Source: an uncultured Pseudomonadota bacterium (GTDB lineage: Bacteria; Oederibacteriota; Muellerivitia; Muellerivitales; Muellerivitaceae). From it: a DNA stretch of 52,236 nucleotides. A model generated the notes under the pieces. The model searched no databases and was not told where the DNA came from. It worked only from the letters and a program-made list of their open reading frames with translations. The translations under genes and the position numbers were made by a program. Every line of letters starts with the position of its first letter. The stretch's first letter is position 1. The stretch lies in contig CAWIIP010000003.1 of assembly GCA_963836235.1 (NCBI GenBank), positions 1 through 52,236 of the forward strand. The letters are read 5' to 3'. This document shows, piece by piece, positions 38,248-49,003 of the stretch.

Positions 38248-38679
38248 TCAAGATTTGCTTTTGATTTGCCTTAAAACATCATTCAGCCTGGCTTCCAAAT
38301 CGGTTTCTTCCGGGTTGTTGTCAAACCCCAGAAGCCGGTTCAAGGCAATTCGAGTGATAACGCTGCCCCTGAGGCGCCGATCCACAGACAAAATCTGCTC
38401 TAGGAGACGTATTTGCGCAAAAGTTAATTTTGAGCTTTTTTGCTTCCCATCGATTTTAACGCGTTTTTTGGAGCCAACCGGTTTCATCGATTGGTCTCTC
38501 AAAGCCGTCAATTTGTCGGTGGTCTTCTGGGCTTGAGTTTTGGACGGGAAATTATACTTTTCGACCGAAACTTGCGTTTGTTCTTCCCGGCCTTGACGGA
38601 GAGCCTGGAGCCGTCTTATCTGCTTTTCGGCTTCAGTTAAGTGCTTCTCTTGCTCGCTCACGTACCAATCCTTCTTCAT
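38248..38679 (-). CDS. Hypothetical protein: N-terminal coiled coil, possible C-terminal ribbon-helix-helix
   Basis: Open frame filling the gap between PAP2 and thiS; KSSKLT-helix-RGSVITRIALNRLL pattern; start uncertain (38679 or 38706). Confidence 0.55.
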   Translation of the reverse strand: MKKDWYVSEQEKHLTEAEKQIRRLQALRQGREEQTQVSVEKYNFPSKTQAQKTTDKLTALRDQSMKPVGSKKRVKIDGKQKSSKLTFAQIRLLEQILSVDRRLRGSVITRIALNRLLGFDNNPEETDLEARLNDVLRQIKSKS

Positions 38680-39580
38680 CAAAAATGAACGGCCACTTTC
38701 TCTCAAGCCAGGGCGCGAAGAAATAACACAACAACCCTACCCCCAAACCCGCCACGACATCAACGAAATAATGATAACGTCCATAAATGGTGCCCGCAAA
38801 CATGGCCATCGTCATGAAAAGAACAAGAAAACGCCATCTACCAAAATAGCGGTAAGCCATGAAACAAATGATGGATGCGGCAATGTGGGAACTGGGAAAT
38901 GATCCCCCGGGAAAGGCGTTATTTTCGACCGCCGCCTGGAGCCAATCGGAAACCCAGTAACCCTGAAGGGATTCCCTAAGTCCCGGCATGTAAAAGCGGG
39001 GGCTTTCCGCTGGCAGGCAAATAAAGAGAACATAGTGGAGGTAGTAAGTGAAGCTGAGGGAAAACATGAATTCACGGAAACGGGCCCGGGGCGCCCGAAA
39101 ATAAAGTACGAGCGCGGACAGCGGCATCAAAAGGAAATAAAAACTGTAACCCATGCTGAAAAACTCGTTTAAAAGCCGGGCCGGAGGATAAAATTTTTGG
39201 AGATTCCAGACCCGGAATCCGATTTTCCCCATCTCGTTGTCCACGCTTAAGAGCCACTCATCCAAGGTCCAATCAAAGTATTGGTGGACCAAAAGCCCTA
39301 TTTCCTTGTAGAAAAACAACATCGCCACTAAGGGATAAAAATCGCAAGCAAAACGAACGAGAGGATTGGTAATATTCCGTAAGTTCCAAAGGGCGACCAT
39401 CAGGGCTATAAAAATAAAGACGTGATATCCCAAAAGCCTGAATTTATCGTCTGAAGAGAGATTACCCGTTAGTATTAAACCCGCCATCACGATTTGATAT
39501 AAAAGCACCAAAGAGTCCACCGGTTTGATCCAGGGTTCGCCGGCGGGTTCGATTTTCATGGTGTAAAGGTTCTTCGGCAT
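38633..39580 (-). CDS. PAP2-superfamily membrane phosphatase/phosphotransferase (PAP2_3, AUR1/IPC-synthase-like)
   Basis: PAESPR, FPSSHIA, RYHYFVDV motifs; about 8 TM; lacks KxxxxxxRP of canonical PAP2 phosphatases. Confidence 0.82.
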   Translation of the reverse strand: MPKNLYTMKIEPAGEPWIKPVDSLVLLYQIVMAGLILTGNLSSDDKFRLLGYHVFIFIALMVALWNLRNITNPLVRFACDFYPLVAMLFFYKEIGLLVHQYFDWTLDEWLLSVDNEMGKIGFRVWNLQKFYPPARLLNEFFSMGYSFYFLLMPLSALVLYFRAPRARFREFMFSLSFTYYLHYVLFICLPAESPRFYMPGLRESLQGYWVSDWLQAAVENNAFPGGSFPSSHIAASIICFMAYRYFGRWRFLVLFMTMAMFAGTIYGRYHYFVDVVAGLGVGLLCYFFAPWLERKWPFIFDEEGLVRERAREALN

Positions 39581-39584
39581 AGGC

Positions 39585-41888
39585 CTACCAGGGTTTCAAA
39601 GGGGAATTTTGCGGCTCTTTTCCGTTTTCTGCCATTTTAAGGGTATAAACCAAGGCCTCCCCGGGAGCACGGTCTCCCTTCATTGTCAAAAGGCTGATGG
39701 AAAAAGAAGGAATTTCGAAATCATACCGTTGGTCTAACCCCGCGTCTACCATCAAGTCCGTCGCCTTGCCGTTTAAAAGGATATCAGGCCGCCAATAACG
39801 GTCCCCTTTGTTGATGATCATGAGCGTCACGTCCCTGGATAGGGCGTCCTGAGTGGCGTAAACCGAAATATCCGATTTTTGAACCACGGCTGTGAGGACT
39901 TTTCCCCGGCGCATCAGGCTCCAAAGTTTCAAAACCCAATAGGATGAGTTGGGTTGAAATGGAACAACCGAACCATTTGGGGGGGCCAACCAAAGAGAAG
40001 AAGAGAGATCCACCGGCACTCCTTCTTTTAAATCAATTCCCTTTTTATCCGCTTCCCACAAGGCGCTCCAAAAACCCGGAGTTGAAGCGTCTTCTTTCGT
40101 CTTAAAGGTTGCCCCCTCGGAACAAGCCTTCCCGCCGGTCACCGCCAAAGGAACATTCAAATCGGAATTTTCGGAAATCTTGTCCTTAACCGCTTGAAGA
40201 ACATCAGCCTCATGGCGCAAATCCGTCAAAAGAACTGGGGGCGTCAATGAAACAGCTTGAGACACCGCGTAGCGGTGAATCGAAATCCCATTCACAATAT
40301 CTCCATCATATTGAAGAAATGGTGTGACCCAATCATCTTCCGCCTCGGTATATTTCGAGGCAAGTTCCGGTCCCAGCACGAACACCGACGGATCCTCACG
40401 TTTCATCGCGTTATAGATTTCGCGATAGTCATTAATATAATCATAAACATTGTATTTCCCGGGTTCCAGATTGTTGCCCAGGTCTGGTTCGTCCCCAATA
40501 GCCCAATAACGAACTTTATATTTCTTTTCGACGTTACAATAGCGAACCCATTCGGCACCCAATTCAAGATTTTGGAGATCCAAGGGAACGGTCACCATAG
40601 GTTCAGCTCCAAGTTGACGGGCGAAAGCAATAAATTGATCCAGCACAGCGTTCTTTTCTTCCGGAGTTAAAGGGGAAGCGGGCTCCTGTAAGCGGATCAA
40701 CCTTGGCTTTATCAGTTTCACCCAATTCTCGATGACCGAAAGCGTTGAATTAAACCTATTCGGAGAACCGATTGGCAGCGTCAGTCCTATAAAAAAAGAG
40801 CTGACACGATCGATTGAGGACCGAAGTTCGCCGGGCAGGGGAGATAAAGAAAGAGTCACTGGCTTTTTCTTGGGTGGAACTTCCACCAGGGAACTGACAT
40901 AACCGTCTTTACAAGCGTAAAAAACCGTTTGATCATAGACTTTTATTTTTTTCATCTCAAAGTGACCATGAGAATCCGTGAAAGCGTCCTGGGTTTTAGG
41001 CCAAGTGGTCACCTTGGCTCCCACCAGGGGTTTCCCTTGCGTATCCAACACATTCCCTTCAATCGCTCTATATCCGGAATAAGTGGCGCCCTTGGTGCCA
41101 TCGGCAACCAACCCGGCGTACAAATCGCTGGCCTGCTCTACCGGAACGGACTGTTCAAATTTACCGATCCATTGGAGTTTGGACCAAGTAGAGGGGTTTT
41201 CGGGATTTGAGGAACTCCCAGCGTAGTCCAATTGGACAATTCGATACCCACTTACTTCCCCTCCCTCATCCAAGGCCAAATCGAATCCGGCTGTTTTTCC
41301 CTGGGCCAAGTTCAGGCCTTCGAAAAAAGCGATGGGAATACAGGCCTCCATCAAATAGCCTTTCAAGGTGCTCCGGGCGTTGATCCGGCCTCCAGGAATA
41401 ATGGTATTTTTGTTGAGGCAATACATTTGGGGATTCTTGCAATCACTTCCAGGTGAAAAAGCAATATGGTAATCCCCCCGGCTCAACTTTGACTGTTGGT
41501 CGAAATGGGGATTAGTGGAAAGGAAAAGTTCCAGGCAGTCCCCGTTTAAAAGGGAAAGTTGATCGTTGTTGTTGATAGCCTTCTTCGCCTTCTTTTGGAC
41601 AATAGCTGCAATATAAAGGTATTGTTCGTCATAGGTGAGAAACACCCGCCCGCTGAAATCTCCCTCGCCTTTCCAATAGGCTTTTCCTTCGGTTATTTGA
41701 TTTATCCGATTCAAGAGGATCATGCGAGCGGCTGGCCAATCGCTCAAATGGCCATCCACCCTGATAGGAACAGCGGTTTCATCAATGGTGATGGGCGCGG
41801 GCTCCGGCATCTGGGCGCAAAGAAAAAGGGGATAGAAAGAGACTACCGGCAATAAAAACCCCAAAAAACAAAAAGTTTTGATGGCCAT
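39585..41888 (-). CDS. Exported CBM9/DOMON-like + carboxypeptidase-regulatory-like + clan GH-A glycoside hydrolase-like protein
   Basis: IRVDGHLSDW, YDEQYLYIA, GDCLEL, EACIP, GFDLALD; GNVLDTQGKPLVGAKV; YWAIGDEPD, SIHRY. Confidence 0.72.
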   Translation of the reverse strand: MAIKTFCFLGFLLPVVSFYPLFLCAQMPEPAPITIDETAVPIRVDGHLSDWPAARMILLNRINQITEGKAYWKGEGDFSGRVFLTYDEQYLYIAAIVQKKAKKAINNNDQLSLLNGDCLELFLSTNPHFDQQSKLSRGDYHIAFSPGSDCKNPQMYCLNKNTIIPGGRINARSTLKGYLMEACIPIAFFEGLNLAQGKTAGFDLALDEGGEVSGYRIVQLDYAGSSSNPENPSTWSKLQWIGKFEQSVPVEQASDLYAGLVADGTKGATYSGYRAIEGNVLDTQGKPLVGAKVTTWPKTQDAFTDSHGHFEMKKIKVYDQTVFYACKDGYVSSLVEVPPKKKPVTLSLSPLPGELRSSIDRVSSFFIGLTLPIGSPNRFNSTLSVIENWVKLIKPRLIRLQEPASPLTPEEKNAVLDQFIAFARQLGAEPMVTVPLDLQNLELGAEWVRYCNVEKKYKVRYWAIGDEPDLGNNLEPGKYNVYDYINDYREIYNAMKREDPSVFVLGPELASKYTEAEDDWVTPFLQYDGDIVNGISIHRYAVSQAVSLTPPVLLTDLRHEADVLQAVKDKISENSDLNVPLAVTGGKACSEGATFKTKEDASTPGFWSALWEADKKGIDLKEGVPVDLSSSLWLAPPNGSVVPFQPNSSYWVLKLWSLMRRGKVLTAVVQKSDISVYATQDALSRDVTLMIINKGDRYWRPDILLNGKATDLMVDAGLDQRYDFEIPSFSISLLTMKGDRAPGEALVYTLKMAENGKEPQNSPLKPW

Positions 41889-41915
41889 GAACCCCGCCGT
41901 CTAATGATGATTTCC

Positions 41916-42386
41916 TTAATATCGGCTCTTGTTTTCCTGCCACCATTTCAACCACAAAGGAGTGGGATCGTCATAAAAATCAAGCCACCTTCTATCCCTG
42001 GCATATTGATGAATGTCCACACCCGTGATATCTCGCATCATCTCGCTCCAGATGAATACCCTGTCCATTTGTAGTTTCAAAATCACGAAGGGCAAATATT
42101 TTTTTCCACCCCGGACGATTTGATCATAGTCATCCGTGTTCAACAAGAAGGCTTTGTCAATGCTTACATTTTTATTATCGGATTGGGTTTCCAACTTTTG
42201 GTTGAAAAGATGGCGGCTCAAATACCCAAACCGAACCCTATCCTGATTCGAAAGGCAATAAAGCATCGGCAAAAGAACCAATATCCAGAGGTGTTGATAT
42301 TTTTTTATCGGCGTTAATTCATTTTCAAAACCATCCATCATTTCCATCCTTTCCCAAAAACAAAAAGGGCGGACACTTGGGTCCAC
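41916..42386 (-). CDS. Hypothetical protein (one hydrophobic segment, C-terminal WLKWWQENK)
   Basis: Open frame between gltD and GH-like gene; start uncertain. Confidence 0.5.
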   Translation of the reverse strand: MDPSVRPFCFWERMEMMDGFENELTPIKKYQHLWILVLLPMLYCLSNQDRVRFGYLSRHLFNQKLETQSDNKNVSIDKAFLLNTDDYDQIVRGGKKYLPFVILKLQMDRVFIWSEMMRDITGVDIHQYARDRRWLDFYDDPTPLWLKWWQENKSRY

Positions 42387-42428
42387 CCTTCCATTAGCTC
42401 AAAATCCACTTTAAAACTTCTCCCGATT

Positions 42429-43874
42429 TCACAAAGGGCTGGGCAAAGTGGTTTCTCCCATCAAATACTGGTCCACACCCCGGGCCGCGGCGCGGCCTTC
42501 GGCAATGGCCCATACGATCAGGGATTGGCCCCGGGTCATATCTCCAGCCACGAAGACGCCCGGCACATTGGTCATTTTGTTGGCGTCCGCCTTGACGTTG
42601 GAACGCTGGTCCAATTCGATGCCCAGTTTCTCAAACAAGGGGTTTTTTTCCGGACCCAGGAAACCCATGGCCAAAAAGACGAGGTCCGCGGGAAGTTCGA
42701 TTTCGCTTCCAGCGATTTCCTGCAGTTTCGGCGGCCCGGCCGGTTGGTGAACCCAGTCAACCTTGATCAGTTGCAGTTTCTTCAAAACACCGTTTTCACC
42801 CAGGAATTGCTTGGTAGAAACGCTGTAAAGTATCTCTCCGCCTTCCTCGTGTGCGGGGGCCACCCTCAGGATGCGGGCCCATTGGGGCCAGGGATTGTCC
42901 GCGGCACGTTCCGCCGGAGGCTTAGGCAACAGTTCTAGGGAAGTCACGCTCTTCGCGCCTTGGCGGTGGGCCGTCCCAATACAGTCGGCACCCGTGTCAC
43001 CACCGCCCAGGATGATGACGTGCTTATCCTTGGCGTGAATTTGGTTTTCAATCTTATCCCCCTCCTGCACCTTGTTGGACTGGGGCAGGTATTCCATGGC
43101 GAAATAAACACCTTTCAAATCCCGTCCCGGTACCGGCAAGTTGCGGGCCTGAGTGGCTCCGCCCGCTAGAACAATGGCGTCGAAATTTTTCTTTAAATCC
43201 TCAATCGGCACGTTATGGCCGATGTTAGCATTGGTCTTGAATTCCACGCCTTCCACTTTCATCTGTTCCATGCGGCGGTCGACGTGGCGCTTTTCCATTT
43301 TGAATTCGGGAATCCCATAACGTAAAAGACCGCCAATCCTGTCGGCGCGCTCGAATACCGTGACCTTGTGGCCGACCCGGGCTAATTGCTGGGCGCAGGC
43401 GAGCCCTGCGGGCCCTGACCCTACCACGGCCACTTTTTTACCGGTCAACTTAGAGGGTGGAATGGGCTTAACCCAACCCTGCTTCCAAGCATGGTCAATA
43501 ATGGAAACTTCGATCTGCTTGATGGTGACAGGCTGCTTGTAAACGTCCAAACCCAGCGTACAGGAATTTTCGCAAGGGGCCGGGCAAAGACGCCCGGTGA
43601 ATTCGGGAAAATTATTGGTGGCGTGCAGCCTCTCGATGGCTTCCTGCCAGCGGTCGCGGTAAACCAGGTCATTCCAATCCGGGATAATGTTGCCCAAGGG
43701 ACAGCCCTGGTGGCAAAAGGGAATTCCACAATCCATGCAACGCCCCGCCTGATCCTTCAGGTGAGTGGGCTCCATGGGGAGTATATATTCTTTCCAGTCC
43801 TTCACTCTCTCAGGGATCGGTCGCTTGTGCGGCGCTTCCCGTCCCGATTCCATGAACCCCGTTGGTTTTCCCAT
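42429..43874 (-). CDS. gltD: Glutamate synthase small subunit
   Basis: MGKPTGF, RCMDCGIPFC, NNFPEFTGRLCPAPCE, GSGPAG, GGGDTGADC, RGQSLIVWAI. Confidence 0.97.
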   Translation of the reverse strand: MGKPTGFMESGREAPHKRPIPERVKDWKEYILPMEPTHLKDQAGRCMDCGIPFCHQGCPLGNIIPDWNDLVYRDRWQEAIERLHATNNFPEFTGRLCPAPCENSCTLGLDVYKQPVTIKQIEVSIIDHAWKQGWVKPIPPSKLTGKKVAVVGSGPAGLACAQQLARVGHKVTVFERADRIGGLLRYGIPEFKMEKRHVDRRMEQMKVEGVEFKTNANIGHNVPIEDLKKNFDAIVLAGGATQARNLPVPGRDLKGVYFAMEYLPQSNKVQEGDKIENQIHAKDKHVIILGGGDTGADCIGTAHRQGAKSVTSLELLPKPPAERAADNPWPQWARILRVAPAHEEGGEILYSVSTKQFLGENGVLKKLQLIKVDWVHQPAGPPKLQEIAGSEIELPADLVFLAMGFLGPEKNPLFEKLGIELDQRSNVKADANKMTNVPGVFVAGDMTRGQSLIVWAIAEGRAAARGVDQYLMGETTLPSPL

Positions 43875-43885
43875 TTTCTCTTTCC

Positions 43886-46800
43886 TTAAGCGACGGCCAC
43901 GGGCTGAGCCGCGGCGTCTTTTTGGGCCTGGAGGGCCTTCTTGTATTCTACCGGCATAACCTTCACGAATTGCTTGGCCGCCTTATCCCAATCCTTCAGG
44001 ATGTTCTCAGCTACCGTGCTTCCGGTGTAGTCCTTATGTTTTCGCAACATGTCCTGGAGGAATTTCAAATCTTCTGATTCCAGTTCTTCGAGCGCCACCA
44101 TTTCCTTATTGCAACGGATTTCGAAATCCCCCGCCTTGTTCCAGACATAAGCCACACCCCCCGACATCCCGGCGGCAAAATTGCGGCCCGTGTCTCCGAT
44201 GACAACCACCCGGCCACCGGTCATGTACTCACAACCATGGTCGCCCACACCCTCGACGACGGCTTCCACTCCCGAGTTCCGAACGCCAAAACGCTCGCCT
44301 GCCCGGCCCCGGATATAAACTTCCCCGCTGGTGGCGCCATATAAAAGAACGTTTCCGACGATGATATTTTCTTCGGGCACCAGGGTCGAGTTTTTAAAGG
44401 GATAGACCATGATCTTTCCCCCGCAAAGCCCCTTGCCCAAATAGTCATTGGCGTCGCCTTCCAAGCGCATGGTCATGCCATGGGGCACAAAGGCGCCGAA
44501 GCTGTTGCCCGCCGAACCTTTAAAGGTGATTTGAATGGTATCGTCCGGCAGTCCCTTGGCCCCGTACTTGCGGGAAATCTCGGCTCCCACCATGGTTCCG
44601 ACGGTTCGATTGATATTGCGGATAGGAACTTCGAATTTGACAGGTTTTTTATCATCCAACGCTGGCTTACAGCGTTCCAAGAGTACTTCGTTATCCAAAG
44701 CCTTGTCCAAAGCATGGTCCTGTTTTTGAACGCAATAAACAGGGCCAAGGTTGCTTTCTTCCGGCCGATAGAAGATGGCCGAAAGGTCCAGCCCCTTGGA
44801 TTTCCAATGGGCGATAGCCTCGTTCATTTCCAAGAGTTCCGAATGTCCTACCATCTCATTGACGGTCCTAAAGCCCAGTTCCGCCATGATTTCACGCAGT
44901 TCCTCGGCGATAAACATCATAAAATTAACCACGTATTCGGGTTTGCCAGTGAACTTTTTGCGCAATTCGGGGTTTTGAGTGGCAATACCCACCGGGCAAG
45001 TGTCGAGATGGCAAACCCGCATCATTATGCATCCTTCAGCAACTAATGCGGCCGTGGCAAAACCGAATTCTTCTGCGCCCAAAAGGCACGCGATGGCGAC
45101 GTCGCGGCCGGTTTTAAGCTGGCCGTCAGTTTGAACCGTGATTCGGTCACGCAGCCGGTTCTTGACCAAAATCTGGTGAGTCTCAGCCAGACCCAGCTCC
45201 CAAGGGGCTCCGGCAAATTTAATGGAAGTCAAGGGCGAGGCGCCCGTACCGCCGTCGTGGCCGCTGATTAAGACATGGTCCGCGTGGGCCTTGCAAACAC
45301 CTGCGGCAACCGTGCCGACTCCCATTTCCGCCACCAACTTCACGGAAATGCGCGCGTACTTGTTGGCGTTCTTGAGGTCGTGTATGAGTTGGGCTAGGTC
45401 CTCGATGGAATAAATATCATGGTGCGGCGGGGGCGAGATAAGCCCCACGAAAGGAGTCGCGAAACGGGTCTTGGCAATCCAGGGATAAACTTTTTTCGCC
45501 GGCAACTGCCCTCCCTCGCCCGGCTTGGCGCCTTGCGCCATCTTGATTTGGAGTTCCCTAGCGTTGACCATGTAATGGCTGGTCACTCCGAACCGGCCCG
45601 AGGCCACCTGCTTAATGGCGGAATTGCGGGAGTCCCCGTTGGGTTCAGGGATATAGCGATCGTCATCCTCGCCGCCCTCGCCCGTATTAGACTTACCCCC
45701 GATGCGGTTCATGGCGATGGCTAGAGTTTGGTGGGCTTCCTTGCTGATCGAACCATAGGACATGGCTCCGGTGGCGAAACGCTTCACGATTTCGGAAGCC
45801 GGTTCCACCTGATCCAGAGGAATCGGGTTCCCTTTTTTAAATTTGAATAGGCCTCGCAGGGTCGCCAGGGCCCGGGACTGTTCATTCACGTCAGCCGAAT
45901 AGGGCTTAAAGTTTTTGTAGTTTCCGGTGCGCACGGCATTTTGAAGTTTGTGAACCGTGTCGGGATTAAAAAGGTGCTTTTCCCCGTCACGGCGCCACTG
46001 ATACCGGCCACCCCAATCCAGGTCCAACTCCCGCGACGGCCTTTCGGGGAAAGCCCCACGATGCCTTTTTTCGGATTCCAATGCCACTTCGGTGATGCCG
46101 ATACCCTGGATACGGGTGGCCGTCCAGGTGAAATACGTGGCGATGAACTCGGCGTTGAGCCCAACCGCCTCGAAAATTTGGGCGCCCCGGTAACTTTGGA
46201 TGGTGGAGATGCCCATTTTCGACATGACTTTTACGATACCTTTGTTGGCGGCCTTGATATATTTTTTCACGGCGGTCTTGTGGTCGATCTCTGCGGGCAA
46301 GATTTTCCGCCGAATCATGTCATCTAGGGTTTCAAAAGCCAAATAAGGATTGATGGCGTTGGCACCGTACCCTAACAGCAAAGCAAAATGATGCACTTCA
46401 CGGGGTTCGCCCGATTCAACGATCAAACCCACCTCGGTGCGCTCACCCTTCTTGATTAGATGGTGGTGGACACTGGCAATGGCCAAAAGGCTTGGGATAG
46501 GAGCGTTGTCATGGTCCAGGCCCCGGTCAGACAGGATGATGATCTGGTAGCCATCCTTGACCGCCTGGCTGGCTTTCGCGCGGACTTCCTCGATGGCCTT
46601 GGCCAGTCCTGCCCCGCCTTCCGCCACCTTATAAAGAATGGGGAGGGTGATGGCCTTATAGTTTTTGAATTTGATATGAGTGAACTTGGCCAATTCATCA
46701 TTATCCAAAACCGGGCTCTTCAGCTCGATCTGGCGGCAGGATTCGGCGGTAGGTTTTAAAAGATTGCCCTCAGGCCCGACCGTTGTATTGACCGTCGTCA

Positions 46801-48433
46801 CTAATTCTTCCCGAATGGCATCCAGCGGCGGATTCGTAACCTGGGCGAACAATTGGCGGAAGTAATTAAAGAGGGGCTGGGATTGGTTGGAAAGGATTGC
46901 CAGGGGGGTGTCGTCGCCCATAGAACCGATGGCTTCTTCCCCGTTGGTCGCCATGGGGGCCATCAGGATGCGTACATCCTCATGAGTATAACCGAAGGCT
47001 TTCTGGCGCTTTAAAACCGTCTCATGGTCGGGCTCGGGCACATGAGGTGCTTCAGGAAGTTTTTCAAGGCTGGTCAGATTTTCCTTGATCCACTCACCAT
47101 AGGGCTGGGCCTTGGCGATTTTCTCTTTCATTTCAGTATCATCAATGATGCGGCCCTCGGTGAGATCGATCAGAAACATCTTTCCCGGTTCCAGTCGGCC
47201 CTTCTTCTCCACCCGCACGGGGTCGATTTCTAAAACTCCCACTTCCGAAGCCATGACCACCAGGTCGTCCTTGGTCACGTAATAACGCGAAGGGCGTAGG
47301 CCATTACGGTCTAAAACGGCGCCGATCACCTTGCCGTCGGTAAAGGCGATGGAAGCCGGACCATCCCAGGGCTCCATCAAGCAGGAATGGTAGTGGTAGA
47401 AGTCCTTTTTATATTGAGGCATGGTGGCGTGGCCGGTCCAAGCCTCGGGAATCATCATCATCATGGCGTGAGGCAAGCTTCGGCCCGCCATGACGAGGAT
47501 TTCCAAAGCGTTATCAAAAGTCGCCGAGTCGGATTGTCCTTCACGGACGATGGGCAAAAGTCCCTTCATTTCCTTCGCGGTGTAATGTTCGCTTTCGAAA
47601 AGGGCTTCCCGGGCGTGCATCCAATTGATGTTGCCCCGCAACGTATTGATTTCACCATTGTGAGCGATATAGCGAAACGGATGGGCCAAATCCCAGGAAG
47701 GGAAAGTGTTGGTGGAGAAACGTGAATGTACCAAAGCCAGCGCCGATTCCACTGAAGGGTCGCGAAGGTCCCGGAAATAAGGAGCAACCTGGCCGGGTGT
47801 CAGCATCCCCTTATAAACCAGCGTGCGGCAGGAAAGGCTGGCCACGTAGAAAAGGTGTTTTTCGGTGAGAATGGAAGCCGCCACCGCGTTTTCCACCCGC
47901 TTGCGGATCAGGAAGAGTTTTCGCTCAAAAGCGTCCGCATCTTTGATGTCCTTGGATTTGCCGATAAAAATTTGCTTCATGATAGGTTCGGAAGCCCGGG
48001 CGGTGGGCCCGATTTCACTGTTGTCGGTGGGCACCAAGCGCCATCCCAAAAGAGTCTGTCCCTCTTCTCGGACGATCTCGGTGAAAGCGTCCTCACAATA
48101 TTTGATATGGTCGGTTAGTTTCGGCAAGAAAACCGCGCCAACGCCATAATCCCCTTCCGGGGGCAGTGTCAGGCCAAAGGTGGAGGCATTTTTGCGGAAA
48201 TATTTATCGGGAATCTGGATAAGAATGCCGGCTCCGTCACCGGTATTAGTTTCGCAGCCACAGGCCCCTCGATGGGAAAGGTTGATAAGAATTTCGACGC
48301 CCTGCTGGACAATTTCATGGGACTTTTTGTTCTTCATATTGGCCACAAAGCCCACACCACAGGAATCTTTCCCGGCGTCGAAGGGGGCCAATAGGTTTTC
48401 GTTGGGGTTGACTTGAATGGGTTGTTCCGACAT
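43886..48433 (-). CDS. gltB: Glutamate synthase large subunit
   Basis: SCGVGF (Ntn Cys), [44 protein letters not shown]-terminal domain. Confidence 0.98.
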   Translation of the reverse strand: MSEQPIQVNPNENLLAPFDAGKDSCGVGFVANMKNKKSHEIVQQGVEILINLSHRGACGCETNTGDGAGILIQIPDKYFRKNASTFGLTLPPEGDYGVGAVFLPKLTDHIKYCEDAFTEIVREEGQTLLGWRLVPTDNSEIGPTARASEPIMKQIFIGKSKDIKDADAFERKLFLIRKRVENAVAASILTEKHLFYVASLSCRTLVYKGMLTPGQVAPYFRDLRDPSVESALALVHSRFSTNTFPSWDLAHPFRYIAHNGEINTLRGNINWMHAREALFESEHYTAKEMKGLLPIVREGQSDSATFDNALEILVMAGRSLPHAMMMMIPEAWTGHATMPQYKKDFYHYHSCLMEPWDGPASIAFTDGKVIGAVLDRNGLRPSRYYVTKDDLVVMASEVGVLEIDPVRVEKKGRLEPGKMFLIDLTEGRIIDDTEMKEKIAKAQPYGEWIKENLTSLEKLPEAPHVPEPDHETVLKRQKAFGYTHEDVRILMAPMATNGEEAIGSMGDDTPLAILSNQSQPLFNYFRQLFAQVTNPPLDAIREELVTTVNTTVGPEGNLLKPTAESCRQIELKSPVLDNDELAKFTHIKFKNYKAITLPILYKVAEGGAGLAKAIEEVRAKASQAVKDGYQIIILSDRGLDHDNAPIPSLLAIASVHHHLIKKGERTEVGLIVESGEPREVHHFALLLGYGANAINPYLAFETLDDMIRRKILPAEIDHKTAVKKYIKAANKGIVKVMSKMGISTIQSYRGAQIFEAVGLNAEFIATYFTWTATRIQGIGITEVALESEKRHRGAFPERPSRELDLDWGGRYQWRRDGEKHLFNPDTVHKLQNAVRTGNYKNFKPYSADVNEQSRALATLRGLFKFKKGNPIPLDQVEPASEIVKRFATGAMSYGSISKEAHQTLAIAMNRIGGKSNTGEGGEDDDRYIPEPNGDSRNSAIKQVASGRFGVTSHYMVNARELQIKMAQGAKPGEGGQLPAKKVYPWIAKTRFATPFVGLISPPPHHDIYSIEDLAQLIHDLKNANKYARISVKLVAEMGVGTVAAGVCKAHADHVLISGHDGGTGASPLTSIKFAGAPWELGLAETHQILVKNRLRDRITVQTDGQLKTGRDVAIACLLGAEEFGFATAALVAEGCIMMRVCHLDTCPVGIATQNPELRKKFTGKPEYVVNFMMFIAEELREIMAELGFRTVNEMVGHSELLEMNEAIAHWKSKGLDLSAIFYRPEESNLGPVYCVQKQDHALDKALDNEVLLERCKPALDDKKPVKFEVPIRNINRTVGTMVGAEISRKYGAKGLPDDTIQITFKGSAGNSFGAFVPHGMTMRLEGDANDYLGKGLCGGKIMVYPFKNSTLVPEENIIVGNVLLYGATSGEVYIRGRAGERFGVRNSGVEAVVEGVGDHGCEYMTGGRVVVIGDTGRNFAAGMSGGVAYVWNKAGDFEIRCNKEMVALEELESEDLKFLQDMLRKHKDYTGSTVAENILKDWDKAAKQFVKVMPVEYKKALQAQKDAAAQPVAVA

Positions 48434-48556
48434 TTACCGCTCCTTAAGCCTTCAGGCTATTTCGTTGGCTATTTTCCATGGGTGATAGGCCGAAATTGGA
48501 TCTTGCTTTGGCTTCTACTGTCATTCCTTTTGAATGGCTACCACCTTGGGGGAGTT

Positions 48557-48582
48557 AAAAAAAGCGGCCTTTGGGGGGCCGC
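48557..48582 (-). terminator. Intrinsic terminator inside the gltB upstream region
   Basis: Minus strand GCGGCC-CCCCAAA-GGCCGC followed by T7. Confidence 0.7.
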
Positions 48583-48638
48583 CGTCATCTTTCAGTGTCG
48601 ATTGGCTTGTTAAATTACAATAGATAGTAAGCTTTTTC

Positions 48639-48656
48639 AAGCAAACTTCATACCAA
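48639..48656 (-). promoter_or_regulatory. sigma54 (-24/-12) promoter TTGGTATG-AAGT-TTGCTT upstream of gltB
   Basis: GG-N10-GC spacing exact; one mismatch class from TGGCACG-N4-TTGCW; nitrogen gene downstream. Confidence 0.6.
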
Positions 48657-49003
48657 CGCCGCCAAGCAGAAACATGATTTGTATCAGGACTCAAGAAGGG
48701 CAAAACTCATGATCTTGCAGAGATTTCGGCTTCATCAAGCCGAAAAAATGTTGGGGCAAGAGTAAAAGTCTCTCTTGATGAGGGTATTTAAAAGAACGAA
48801 CATACAAAATTGTCTATCCCCAGCAATCTTAATGTTACCTGATAGGAAATAGTAAAGGAGCGGAATGGCTAGGCTTGACCTTTGGCCCAAGATTAATCGT
48901 CCGTAGAAATTTCAAGCTTGCAACAAGCATATTAGAGATGGGGCTTATCGAAAATTCACTTCATTAGCTTCTTCCCTTTTTTCGAGAAAAAGGAAAGTTC
49001 AAA

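Noticed and set aside
48434-48630. glnA-type glutamine riboswitch
   Set aside because: Conserved CGTT...GGAAGT...GAAGGAACG elements not found by eye
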